Shown here piece after piece: positions 8,934 through 17,829 of a stretch of DNA of 32,000 bases (position 1 is its first letter; each line of letters starts with the position of its first letter). The notes under the pieces are model-generated. The model was not told the DNA's origin. It did no database searches and saw only the letters and a list, made by a program, of their open reading frames with translations. This stretch comes from Sinorhizobium meliloti (GTDB lineage Bacteria > Pseudomonadota > Alphaproteobacteria > Rhizobiales > Rhizobiaceae): contig NZ_JAGIOS010000001.1 of NCBI RefSeq assembly GCF_017876815.1, positions 3,750,001 through 3,782,000 of the forward strand. The letters are read 5' to 3'. The position numbers and the translations under genes are program-made.

Positions 8934-9638
8934 TTATAGGGTTACCGCGCCGCCGACCTCGGGGGTGGCGACCAATGTCGAGGCGCCGTCCATGCCGGCA
9001 ATGAAGGTCTCCGGCGTCTGGTCGATGATCGGGAAGGAGCCATAGTGGCAAGGGATCGCCGTGTTGAACTTGAAGTAACGCTGGCACGCGAGCGCGGCCA
9101 CGGCACCGCCCATGGTGAAACGGTCGCCGATCGGCACGATGCCGATTTCCGGCTCGTGCAGTTCCTGCACGAGCGCCATGTCGGAGAAGATGTCCGTGTC
9201 GCCCATGTGATAGAGCGTCGGCTCGTCGTCGAAATGGAGAACGAGGCCATTGGCATTGCCGAGCGAATGCGAAACGCCGTCGTCGGTGATCTGCGCCGAT
9301 GAATGCAGCGCGTTGACGAATGTGGCGGTGAAGCTCCCGAGCTGGATGGTTCCGCCCGTATTGCCCGGCTCCAGCTTCGAAATGCCCTGCCGGCCGAGCC
9401 ACATGCAGAGGTCGAAATTGGCAAGGACCGTCGCGCCGGTTTCCTTGGCTATGGCAACGGTGTCGCCGACATGGTCGCCGTGGCCGTGGGTCAGCAGAAT
9501 GTGGGTCAGTCCCGCCGTTGCGGCCTTGCGCTCCTCATCCCGAAAGGCCGGATTGCCGGTGAAGAACGGATCTATCAGTATTTTGGCTTTCGCCGTTTCG
9601 ATATGGAAGGCGGAATGTCCCAGCCATTTGATGTTCAT
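8934..9638 (-). CDS. UPF0173-type metal-dependent hydrolase (MBL fold)
   Basis: 234 aa: [14 protein letters not shown]..., with the HxHxDH metal motif [11 protein letters not shown]. Confidence 0.85.
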   Translation of the reverse strand: MNIKWLGHSAFHIETAKAKILIDPFFTGNPAFRDEERKAATAGLTHILLTHGHGDHVGDTVAIAKETGATVLANFDLCMWLGRQGISKLEPGNTGGTIQLGSFTATFVNALHSSAQITDDGVSHSLGNANGLVLHFDDEPTLYHMGDTDIFSDMALVQELHEPEIGIVPIGDRFTMGGAVAALACQRYFKFNTAIPCHYGSFPIIDQTPETFIAGMDGASTLVATPEVGGAVTL

Positions 9639-9761
9639 GATGTTCTCCTCAGATCGCGCGCGGCACCCCAGGCGAGTCGGGCGATAAAATTGATCGATTT
9701 ATGTCTAGGACAAGCATATGGATCAGACCAGCGCACTGGAAAGATCGAATCGGTAAATCCC

Positions 9762-10259
9762 ATGGCAATTCTCACGATGGAGGAACTCGCGGAGCGGCTG
9801 CCGCCCTATCAGTCGGTGGCAGGCCTGGACCTCGGGACGAAAACGATCGGCATTTCGGTTTCCGATCTGGGGCGGCGCTTTGCGACGCCGCGCGAGGTGA
9901 TCCGCCGCGTCAAGTTCGGCGCCGACGCGCAGGCGCTCCTGTCTTTTGCGGAGAAGGAAAAAATCGCCGCCTTCATCATCGGCTTGCCGGTGAATATGGA
10001 CGGATCGGAAGGGCCGCGCTGCCAGGCGACGCGGGCCTTCGTGCGCACTATGGGAGAAAAGACCGATATCCCCTTCGTCCTCTGGGACGAACGCCTGTCC
10101 ACGGTGGCAGCCGAGCGGGTACTGATCGAAATGGACGTATCGCGGAAAAAGCGGGCCGAACGCATCGATTCGGCCGCCGCTTCCTTCATCCTTCAGGGAG
10201 CGCTGGATAGATTGGCATCGCTGGCGAGAGGCGCTTCCGGCGATCGGGACGCGCCGTAA
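9762..10259 (+). CDS. ruvX: Putative pre-16S rRNA nuclease / Holliday junction resolvase-like YqgF
   Basis: 165 aa from ATG 9762. Motifs include [29 protein letters not shown] and [14 protein letters not shown] 9777 is an alternative start. The upstream part of the 318-aa ORF is rejected. Confidence 0.85.
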   Translation: MAILTMEELAERLPPYQSVAGLDLGTKTIGISVSDLGRRFATPREVIRRVKFGADAQALLSFAEKEKIAAFIIGLPVNMDGSEGPRCQATRAFVRTMGEKTDIPFVLWDERLSTVAAERVLIEMDVSRKKRAERIDSAAASFILQGALDRLASLARGASGDRDAP

Positions 10260-10528
10260 CGGCGCCGATACCAGGCCGCGATCTGCCTCCGCTTCCTGAG
10301 CGCGACAAGGCCGAACACGATCAGGCTGTCGACGATCATGGCCCGGGCGACGAGCGGCGGAATGGTTTCCGGCGGGATTCCCAGGATACTCCCGTAAACC
10401 CGGAAGACGAGCTCATGCGCCTCTCGCGTCAGCATGAAGACGCCGAAGCTCATGTCATAGTAGGAGAGCCCGTACCAGCCCGTAAGCAGCATCACGGGAC
10501 CGCCCCAGAAGATCAGCAACCACTTCAT
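10193..10528 (-). CDS. Small integral membrane protein, function unknown
   Basis: 111 aa with 2-3 hydrophobic helices ([21 protein letters not shown]..., [13 protein letters not shown]) and a basic C-terminal tail. Its 3' end overlaps ruvX convergently by 67 nt. Confidence 0.6.
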   Translation of the reverse strand: MKWLLIFWGGPVMLLTGWYGLSYYDMSFGVFMLTREAHELVFRVYGSILGIPPETIPPLVARAMIVDSLIVFGLVALRKRRQIAAWYRRRYGASRSPEAPLASDANLSSAP

Positions 10529-10680
10529 GAAGCGCCCCTCTCCGGCTGGTGACCGCTAAGAAGCGGAAAGATTGCACGATCAAGCAGGACGAACGTGGTC
10601 AGGACGGCCGCGAGGCTCGCTATGTCGAGCGCCAAGCCGGCGAAAAAGATCACCATGATGATCAGCAAGGCAGCTCTCAC
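10525..10680 (-). CDS. Unlisted 51-codon hydrophobic ORF coupled to the downstream membrane-protein gene
   Basis: My own translation gives GTG(10680) [51 protein letters not shown]. Its TGA overlaps the ATG of the 10528 ORF (ATGA). By my count GC3 is about 73%, and higher in the first 32 codons. It is too short for the ORF track. Confidence 0.4.
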   Translation of the reverse strand: MRAALLIIMVIFFAGLALDIASLAAVLTTFVLLDRAIFPLLSGHQPERGAS

Positions 10681-10885
10681 CGGCCGCTCCGTTCCATCCT
10701 TAAAAAATCACACCGCCAGTATCTCCGCCTCGGAGGCAGAAGCGCAACGTAAACCATTTGTTAAGGTTAATATTCACAGTGAAAGCCGGCTTGCGGCCGC
10801 CTGTCCAGCGCTCTACAGCGAGTTCTGCGCACCTCATAGGGCGCGCGGCGCTGCGTGCGTGAACCTCCGTCTGCCTGGAGCCCTG

Positions 10886-11821
10886 ATGACCATCGTCTTC
10901 GAAAGCATTCTGCCGGTCTTCCTGCTCGTGATCCTTGGTGTCGCGCTCCGGCGCTCGACGCTTGTCGACCAGGGGCTATGGATCGGGCTCGAGCAGTTCG
11001 GCTATTATTTTCTCTTTCCCGCTCTGCTCTTCTCGACGCTGGCGAAGGCGGACCTGGCCGGCCTCGAGGCTGATGAGACGGCCGTCGCTACGGTCGGCAG
11101 CGTCACATTGATGTCGGCCGCCCTCCTCTCGGCCTGGCCTCTGCTGCGCCGAGGCGGCATTTCCGGCCCCACCTTTACATCGGTGTTCCAGACGGCCACG
11201 CGATGGAATGCCTTCATTGCACTGGCGGTCGCTGAAAAACTATTCGGCACGGCTGGACTCAGCCTGACGGCTCTCGTCATGGCACTGCTCATCATCCCGA
11301 TCAATTTCTACAATATCGCCGTTCTGACCTGGTTCGGCGGCGGCAGCCGTGGCATCGGTTTTTTCTTTTTGAAGATCATCACCAATCCGCTGATCATCTC
11401 GTCGGCGCTCGGGATATTGTTCAACTTGACGGGCATCGAACTGTATGGGCCCGTGATGACGGCGGTCGACATGCTGGCGAGCGCTTCGCTCGGGCTTGGG
11501 CTGATCCTGGTCGGGGCCGGCCTCAAGATCGCCGACGCCTTGAACCCGAGCATCCCGGTCCTGTTCGCGGTCGTGCTCAAGCTGATCGTCATGCCGGTGT
11601 TCATGGTGGGCAGCAGCGCGCTTCTCGGCATCCGGGGGGATGCCCTGCTCGTCATCGCCGTGGGTGCGGCCGTCCCGACCGCCATGAACGGCTATCTTCT
11701 GGCCAAGCAGATGGGGGGTGACGCGGAGCTTTACGCGTCCGTCGCCACGATCCAGACGGCGGCCTCGTTCCTGACGATACCGCTCGTGCTCTTCGTTACG
11801 GGCTATGTTGCGGCCGGGTAG
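10886..11821 (+). CDS. AEC (auxin efflux carrier) family transporter
   Basis: 311 aa from ATG 10886 (MTIVFESILPVFLLVILGVALRRS...). Polytopic membrane protein with roughly 10 hydrophobic segments. The upstream 97 codons of the ORF are not membrane-like and are rejected. Confidence 0.8.
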   Translation: MTIVFESILPVFLLVILGVALRRSTLVDQGLWIGLEQFGYYFLFPALLFSTLAKADLAGLEADETAVATVGSVTLMSAALLSAWPLLRRGGISGPTFTSVFQTATRWNAFIALAVAEKLFGTAGLSLTALVMALLIIPINFYNIAVLTWFGGGSRGIGFFFLKIITNPLIISSALGILFNLTGIELYGPVMTAVDMLASASLGLGLILVGAGLKIADALNPSIPVLFAVVLKLIVMPVFMVGSSALLGIRGDALLVIAVGAAVPTAMNGYLLAKQMGGDAELYASVATIQTAASFLTIPLVLFVTGYVAAG

Positions 11822-13455
11822 AGCAAATCGAGGACATAGGCCGAATCGAAGCGCGAATCGAGCATGCCGTAAGTCGAGCGCCAGCCGGCGGCCAGGCGCG
11901 ATTCCAGGAACGCATCGGCGATGCGCCCGGCCCCGAGCCTGTAGAGTTCGGCAGCAGCCGCCGCCAGCGCCAGTTGCTCGACCAGCATGCGTGCCGCGCC
12001 CTCGTCGCGCTCGCAGAGCGACATGGCGGCACGCAGAACCTCGATCGTCTTGCGCCCGGCGGGGCCGAGATCGCGGCCGATCGTTGCGAAGAGCTGTTCG
12101 AACAGTTCCTTCCGGCGCCCGAGCACCCGCAGGACGTCGAGCGCCATAACGTTGCCGGAGCCTTCCCAGATCGCATTGACCGGGGCTTCGCGGTAGTGGC
12201 GCGCAAGCGCCCGCTCCTCGACATAGCCGTTGCCGCCCATGCACTCCATCGCCTCATAGATCAGCGCGGGGGCGATCTTGCAGCACCAGTATTTCGCGAC
12301 CGGCGTCATGATACGGGCGTAGGCGGCATCCTCCGCGCTGCTATGGGCATTATCGAAGGCTTCGGCCAGGCGGAACGACAGTGCGCTTGCGGCCGCGACA
12401 TCCAGGGCCATATCGGCGAGCACCCTGGTCATCATCGGCTGGCTGACAAGCGCCTTGCCGAAGACCTTGCGGCCGCGGGTATGATGCACGGCTTCGGCGA
12501 GCGATGCGCGCATCATCCCGGCCGAGGCCAGCGCGCAGTCGAGCCGGGTCAGCGTCACCATGTCCAGGATCGTGCGGATACCGGCATCCGGCGTACCGAG
12601 CAGGAAACCGAAAGTGTCGGAAAACTCGACCTCGGAGGAAGCATTGGAACGGTTGCCCAGCTTGTCCTTCAGGCGCTGGAAACGCAGACCGTTGGCCCCG
12701 CCGTCCTCCAGCAGCCGCGGGACCAGGAAGCAGCCGAGCCCCTCCCGGGTCTGTGCCAGCATGACGAAAGCGTCGCTCATCGGCGCGGACATGAACCATT
12801 TGTGTCCGGTGAGGCGATAAATGCCCTCCCCCACCCGTTCGGCCGTGGAGGTATTGGCGCGCACGTCGGTGCCGCCCTGCTTCTCGGTCATGCCCATGCC
12901 GATCGTGACCGCGGACTTCTGCATCCACGGCCGATTGGACGAATCATATTTGCGCGAGAGGATCTTCGGCGCCCATTCCTTCTGGACGGCGGGGGAAGCG
13001 GTAATCGCCGCGACCGAGGCACTGGTCATCGTCAGCGGGCAGAGATGGCCGCATTCGAGCTGCGCGGTCAGATAGAAGCGGATCGCCCTTACCTTGTGCG
13101 AGCGGCCGCGCTCATCGGGCAGGTTCTCCCAGGCGGAAGAATGCAGACCGGTCGTCATGGAGCGGCGCATCAGCGCATGCCAGGCGGGATGGAACTCGAC
13201 GACGTCGAGGCGCTCGCCGCGCGGCCCGTGCGTCTTCAGCTTCGGCACGCCTTCATTGGCCATCCGGGCCAGTTCCTGTGCCTCGGGCGAAGTCACATAG
13301 CGCCCAAGCCCATCGAACTCGTCGCGCAGCGTCTTCGGCATGCTGGACGTGATGTCGACCACCAGCGGGTCGGAGCGAAAGGCGTTGACACCGGACCAGG
13401 GCTTGGGCTGGTTCAGTTCTGCAAGTTTTTGTTCTGTCCGGTTCATCTGATTCAT
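11803..13455 (-). CDS. aidB: AidB-like acyl-CoA dehydrogenase family protein
   Basis: 550 aa. Blocks HPAWHALM, IGMGMTEKQGGTDVRANTSTAER..YRLTGHKWFMSAP, LKDKLGNRSNASSEVEF and YREAPVNAIWEGSGNVMALDVLRVL closely match E. coli AidB as I remember it. Confidence 0.85.
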   Translation of the reverse strand: MNQMNRTEQKLAELNQPKPWSGVNAFRSDPLVVDITSSMPKTLRDEFDGLGRYVTSPEAQELARMANEGVPKLKTHGPRGERLDVVEFHPAWHALMRRSMTTGLHSSAWENLPDERGRSHKVRAIRFYLTAQLECGHLCPLTMTSASVAAITASPAVQKEWAPKILSRKYDSSNRPWMQKSAVTIGMGMTEKQGGTDVRANTSTAERVGEGIYRLTGHKWFMSAPMSDAFVMLAQTREGLGCFLVPRLLEDGGANGLRFQRLKDKLGNRSNASSEVEFSDTFGFLLGTPDAGIRTILDMVTLTRLDCALASAGMMRASLAEAVHHTRGRKVFGKALVSQPMMTRVLADMALDVAAASALSFRLAEAFDNAHSSAEDAAYARIMTPVAKYWCCKIAPALIYEAMECMGGNGYVEERALARHYREAPVNAIWEGSGNVMALDVLRVLGRRKELFEQLFATIGRDLGPAGRKTIEVLRAAMSLCERDEGAARMLVEQLALAAAAAELYRLGAGRIADAFLESRLAAGWRSTYGMLDSRFDSAYVLDLLYPAAT

Positions 13456-13597
13456 GGGCCGGTTTTAGAGCCTTTCCTGTCCAAATGGAAACAATTCTGT
13501 TGGCCCAAGTTTTCTTCGGAACGGGCGGCGCGCCGCTTGCCGCGCCGGGGTCCACGTTCTATAGAGCGACCGAATTCCAGAAATGCAAGGGCGGCTC

Positions 13598-14539
13598 ATG
13601 ATCACCTTCCCGCATCGCCACCTGCTCGGCATCAAGGGGCTGACGGAACAGGATATCACGCTCCTGCTCGATCGCGCCGACGAGGCCGTCAAGATCTCTC
13701 GACAGAGGGAAAAGAAGACCTCCTCGCTGCGCGGGCTCACGCAGATCAATCTGTTCTTTGAAGCCTCGACCCGTACCCAGTCCTCATTCGAGCTCGCCGG
13801 AAAGCGGCTCGGCGCCGACGTCATGAACATGTCCGTCGGCAATTCCTCGGTGAAGAAAGGCGAGACGCTGATCGATACGGCGATGACGCTGAACGCCATG
13901 CACCCGGACGTGCTGGTCGTTCGCCACTCGTCGGCGGGGGCTGCCTCGCTGCTTGCCCAGAAGGTCTCCTGCTCGGTCGTCAACGCCGGCGACGGCCAGC
14001 ACGAGCACCCGACGCAGGCGCTGCTCGACGCGCTGACGATCCGGCGCGCCAAGGGCAAGCTCTCGCGGATCATCGTGGCGATCTGCGGCGACGTTCTCCA
14101 CTCGCGCGTCGCCCGCTCCAATATCCTGCTTTTGAACCAGATGGGCGCCCGTGTGCGGGTCGTCGCGCCGGCGACGCTGCTTCCCGCCGGCATCGCCGAG
14201 ATGGGCGCCGAGGTCTACCACTCCATGGCCGAGGGCCTCAAGGATGCGGACGTGGTGATGATGCTGAGACTCCAGCGCGAGCGCATGGCCGGCTCCTTCG
14301 TGCCTTCGGTGCGCGAGTACTTCCATTACTACGGCCTGGATGCCGAGAAGCTCAAGGTCGCGAAGGACGACGCGCTCGTCATGCATCCGGGGCCGATGAA
14401 CCGCGGCGTCGAGATCGCCTCGGAGATCGCAGACGGGCCGCAAAGCGTGATCGAACAGCAGGTCGAGATGGGCGTCGCCGTGCGCATGGCGGTGATGGAA
14501 ACATTGCTTCTCTCCCAGAACCAGGGGCCGCGCCTATGA
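13598..14539 (+). CDS. pyrB: Aspartate carbamoyltransferase catalytic subunit
   Basis: 313 aa from ATG 13598, which has AAGGG 6 nt upstream; the ORF opens at 13583. Motifs: [13 protein letters not shown] (carbamoyl-phosphate site), [16 protein letters not shown]. Confidence 0.92.
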   Translation: MITFPHRHLLGIKGLTEQDITLLLDRADEAVKISRQREKKTSSLRGLTQINLFFEASTRTQSSFELAGKRLGADVMNMSVGNSSVKKGETLIDTAMTLNAMHPDVLVVRHSSAGAASLLAQKVSCSVVNAGDGQHEHPTQALLDALTIRRAKGKLSRIIVAICGDVLHSRVARSNILLLNQMGARVRVVAPATLLPAGIAEMGAEVYHSMAEGLKDADVVMMLRLQRERMAGSFVPSVREYFHYYGLDAEKLKVAKDDALVMHPGPMNRGVEIASEIADGPQSVIEQQVEMGVAVRMAVMETLLLSQNQGPRL

Positions 14540-15828
14540 CCAGACCACTCGTTCTGCAGAACCTCCGCATCGTCGATCCCTCGCGGAAACTGGACGAAAT
14601 CGGCACCATCATCGTCGGGGACGACGGCCGTATCCTCGCGGCCGGGAAGGATGCGCAGAACCAGGGCGTACCTGCGGACGCCTTCGTCAAGGACTGCGCC
14701 GGCCTCACCGCCGTCCCGGGATTGGTCGATGCGCGCGTCTTCGTCGGCGAACCGGGCAGCGAACATCGCGAGACGATCGAGTCGGCCTCGCGTGCAGCGG
14801 CAACCGGCGGCGTCACTTCTTTCATCGCCATGCCGGACACCGATCCGGTGATCGACGATATCGCGCTTGTCGAATTCGTGCAGAAGACCGCGCGCGACAA
14901 GGCGCTCGTCAACGTCCATCCGGCGGCGGCCCTGACCAAGGGACTGCTCGGCCAAGAGATGACCGAGATCGGGCTGCTTCGCGATGCGGGCGCCGTCTGC
15001 TTCACCAACGGGCGACAGCCGGTGCACGATACGCTCGTGCTTCGCCGCGCGATGACCTACGCGCGCGAGTTCGGTGCCGTCGTCGCGCTCGGGACGCGCG
15101 ACAAGTATCTCGGCGCCAACGGCGTCATGAATGAAGGGCTGCTTGCGAGTTGGCTCGGCCTTCCCGGCGTGCCGCGCGAAGCCGAGATCATTCCGCTCGA
15201 ACGCGACCTGCGCATCGCCGGCCTGACGCGTGCGGCCTATCACGCGGCTGAAATTTCCGTTCCCGAATCGGCCGAGACCATTCGCATCGCCCGCGAGCGC
15301 GGCACCAACGTCACCTGCGGCATCTCGATCAACCACTTGACCCTGAACGAGAACGACATCGGCGAGTACAGGACTTTCTTCAAACTCTCGCCGCCCTTGC
15401 GCACCGAGGACGATCGCGTCGCGATGGTCGAGGCGCTGGCCGACGGAACGATCGATATCATTGTCTCGTCTCATGATCCGCAGGACGTCGACACCAAGCG
15501 CCTGCCCTTCGCGGATGCCGCGGACGGGGCGATCGGCCTCGAAACACTGGCGGCAGCGGCGCTGCGGCTCTATCACAGCGGCGAAGTGCCGCTGATGCGG
15601 CTGATCGATGCTCTGTCCACCCGCCCGTCCGCGATCTTCGGCCTGGATGCCGGCACGCTGAAGCCCGGCGCCCGAGCCGACATCGCCGTCATCGACCTTG
15701 ACGAGCCTTGGGTTCTCCACAAGGAGACGCTCGTCTCACGCTCCAAGAACACGCCTTTCGAAAATGCACGCTTTACCGGACGGGTCGTCCAAACCTATGT
15801 TGCTGGCGAACTCGTGCATTCGGCATAA
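14536..15828 (+). CDS. Dihydroorotase-like protein, probably non-catalytic PyrC' type
   Basis: 430-aa amidohydrolase-fold protein whose ATG overlaps the pyrB stop (ATGA at 14536-14539). [14 protein letters not shown] occupies the position of the D-x-H-x-H-x-R-E-P-G metal motif. Confidence 0.8.
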   Translation: MTRPLVLQNLRIVDPSRKLDEIGTIIVGDDGRILAAGKDAQNQGVPADAFVKDCAGLTAVPGLVDARVFVGEPGSEHRETIESASRAAATGGVTSFIAMPDTDPVIDDIALVEFVQKTARDKALVNVHPAAALTKGLLGQEMTEIGLLRDAGAVCFTNGRQPVHDTLVLRRAMTYAREFGAVVALGTRDKYLGANGVMNEGLLASWLGLPGVPREAEIIPLERDLRIAGLTRAAYHAAEISVPESAETIRIARERGTNVTCGISINHLTLNENDIGEYRTFFKLSPPLRTEDDRVAMVEALADGTIDIIVSSHDPQDVDTKRLPFADAADGAIGLETLAAAALRLYHSGEVPLMRLIDALSTRPSAIFGLDAGTLKPGARADIAVIDLDEPWVLHKETLVSRSKNTPFENARFTGRVVQTYVAGELVHSA

Positions 15829-15863
15829 CCGGCGCGGGTCAGCGGAAGGGGGGACCGGTGGAC

Positions 15864-16469
15864 ATGTTTTCCTGGCAGTTGGGGCTGCCTTCGACTCTCG
15901 CATGCCTTGTTTTCGGTTATCTGCTGGGCTCGATCCCGTTCGGCCTCATTCTGACGCGGATGGCCGGCCTCGGTGACGTACGCAAGATCGGCTCCGGCAA
16001 TATCGGCGCGACGAATGTGCTCAGAACCGGCAACAGGAAGCTTGCCGCCGCCACGCTGCTGCTCGATGCCCTGAAGGGCACGGCTGCCGCAGCGATCGCA
16101 TCCTACTGGGGTGTCGAAGCGGGCATTGCCGCCGGTTTTGCCGCCTTTCTCGGACACCTTTTTCCCGTCTGGCTTTCCTTCAGGGGCGGCAAGGGCGTTG
16201 CGACCTATATCGGCGTACTGCTCGGCCTCATGCCGGTAATGGTGCTCCTTTTCGCAGCCATCTGGCTGGCGATGGCAAAGATCACCCGCTACTCCTCTCT
16301 TTCGGCACTCGTCGCGACCGCCGCCGTCCCCATCGCGCTCTATGCAGCCGGCAACGGCAAGGTGGCCGGGCTCTTTGCGGTCATGACGGCCATCGCCTGG
16401 ATCAAGCACCGCGCCAACATCCAGCGACTCCTGAGCGGCACCGAAAGCCGGATCGGAGAAAAGGGCTGA
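15864..16469 (+). CDS. plsY: Glycerol-3-phosphate acyltransferase PlsY
   Basis: 201 aa from ATG 15864. Motifs: [36 protein letters not shown]. The upstream 52 codons of the ORF are rejected. Confidence 0.9.
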   Translation: MFSWQLGLPSTLACLVFGYLLGSIPFGLILTRMAGLGDVRKIGSGNIGATNVLRTGNRKLAAATLLLDALKGTAAAAIASYWGVEAGIAAGFAAFLGHLFPVWLSFRGGKGVATYIGVLLGLMPVMVLLFAAIWLAMAKITRYSSLSALVATAAVPIALYAAGNGKVAGLFAVMTAIAWIKHRANIQRLLSGTESRIGEKG

Positions 16470-17620
16470 TGCCGCCGGGCGGCGCTCGACGGACCGGGAC
16501 CGCGCTCAGCGAACGGCAGAAGATCGCATGGTTGCGGCTCATCCGAAGCGACAATGTCGGCCCGGCAACCTTCCGCGATCTGATCAGCCATTTCGGCAAC
16601 GCAGAGGCGGCGCTCGAGGCGCTGCCGGAACTTTCGCGTCGTGGCGGGGCGGACCGGTCCTTCCGCATTGCCACGGTGGACGAAGCCGAGCGAGAACTCG
16701 AGGCCGCACACCGGTTCGGTGCCGTGTTCGTGGGCATCGGCGAACCCGATTATCCGGACGCGCTCAGACAGATCGACGGCGCCCCGCCGCTTCTCGCGAC
16801 GAAGGGCAATTTGAACGCGACGGCCCGTCCCTCGCTTGGGATCGTCGGCTCACGCAATGCCTCGGTCAGCGGCGCGAAGTTCGCGGCGATGATCGCCCGC
16901 GACGCCGGAGCTGCCGGCTATGTCATCACATCAGGGCTCGCCCGCGGCATCGACACCGCCGCGCACCGCGCCAGTCTGCGGACAGGCACGATCGCCGTGC
17001 TCGCCGGTGGCCTCGACCGCCCCTACCCGCCGGAGAATCTCGGCCTCCTGCAGGAAATCGTCTCCGGCGAGGGGCTGGCGGTCAGCGAGATGCCCTTTGG
17101 CTGGGAACCGCGCGCCCGGGATTTCCCGAGACGAAACCGGCTCGTCGCGGGCATCAGCCTCGGTGTTGCGATCGTCGAAGCCGCGAACCGTTCAGGGTCA
17201 CTGATCACTGCGCGCTATGCCGCCGATTTCGGCCGGCTGGTCTTTGCCGTTCCCGGGTCGCCTCTCGATCCGCGCTGTCATGGCACGAACGATCTCCTGA
17301 AACAGGGGGCGACCGTCACGACCTCTTCGGCGGACGTGATCGAGGCGCTGGCGCCTCTCAGCCGCGACGACCTTTTCTCGCGGCTGGAAGCCAACGAGCC
17401 AAGCGCCGAGGAGCCGCGGCCGATGCCGCAGCCGCCGGACGACACAGATCGCTCGCGCGTCGTCGAGGCTCTCGGGCCGACGCCGGTCGAGATCGACGAT
17501 CTCATCCGATATACCGGCCTTGCCGCACCGCAGATCCATATGGTGCTCGTCGAACTGGATCTTGCCGGTCAGCTCTGCCGTCACGGAGGCAATCTCGTAT
17601 CCCTCGCGACGGCCGAATGA
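16469..17620 (+). CDS. dprA: DNA-processing protein DprA (Smf)
   Basis: 383 aa. Rossmann-like DprA core: GIVGSRNAS..., [33 protein letters not shown]. The ATG overlaps the plsY stop by 1 nt (TGATG). Confidence 0.88.
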   Translation: MPPGGARRTGTALSERQKIAWLRLIRSDNVGPATFRDLISHFGNAEAALEALPELSRRGGADRSFRIATVDEAERELEAAHRFGAVFVGIGEPDYPDALRQIDGAPPLLATKGNLNATARPSLGIVGSRNASVSGAKFAAMIARDAGAAGYVITSGLARGIDTAAHRASLRTGTIAVLAGGLDRPYPPENLGLLQEIVSGEGLAVSEMPFGWEPRARDFPRRNRLVAGISLGVAIVEAANRSGSLITARYAADFGRLVFAVPGSPLDPRCHGTNDLLKQGATVTTSSADVIEALAPLSRDDLFSRLEANEPSAEEPRPMPQPPDDTDRSRVVEALGPTPVEIDDLIRYTGLAAPQIHMVLVELDLAGQLCRHGGNLVSLATAE

Positions 17621-17829
17621 CGGCCAGGACCTGTCGCTCCGCCGCGTCGAAGACAACGGCAAGAATGACGACCAGTGGTTGAGCCGATTCGAATGTTGCC
17701 GCTTGGTTGCGGTCGAGCGTGATATAGCTATTTTCGATCAAACCCCTTGACCGCGCCCGAATCCCTGTCCATGTCGTGGCGTCGGATTGGCGCGCAGGGT
17801 CGCCAAACAAGTTGTTTCAGAGAATGTCG

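Noticed and set aside
6961-9045. 694-aa plus-strand ORF over gatA and gatC
   Set aside because: It is antisense to well-supported gatA and gatC. It has no recognisable motifs and an Arg/Gly/Asp-rich shadow composition.
10549-10752. 67-aa plus-strand ORF (MTAKKRKDCTIKQDERGQDG...)
   Set aside because: It is highly charged and is the mirror image of the hydrophobic minus-strand small ORF, which has better codon-position GC bias and an ATGA coupling to the next gene.
13456-13597. Looked for a pyrBI-style attenuator or leader peptide upstream of pyrB
   Set aside because: There is only a short GC hairpin (cggcgcg/cgcgccg) without a U-tract, and no leader ORF. Nothing resembles the enteric pyrBI attenuator.
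17746-17780. CTTGAC-N17-CCATGT as the topA promoter
   Set aside because: The -35 is perfect but the -10 is poor (CCATGT). It cannot be distinguished from a chance occurrence.
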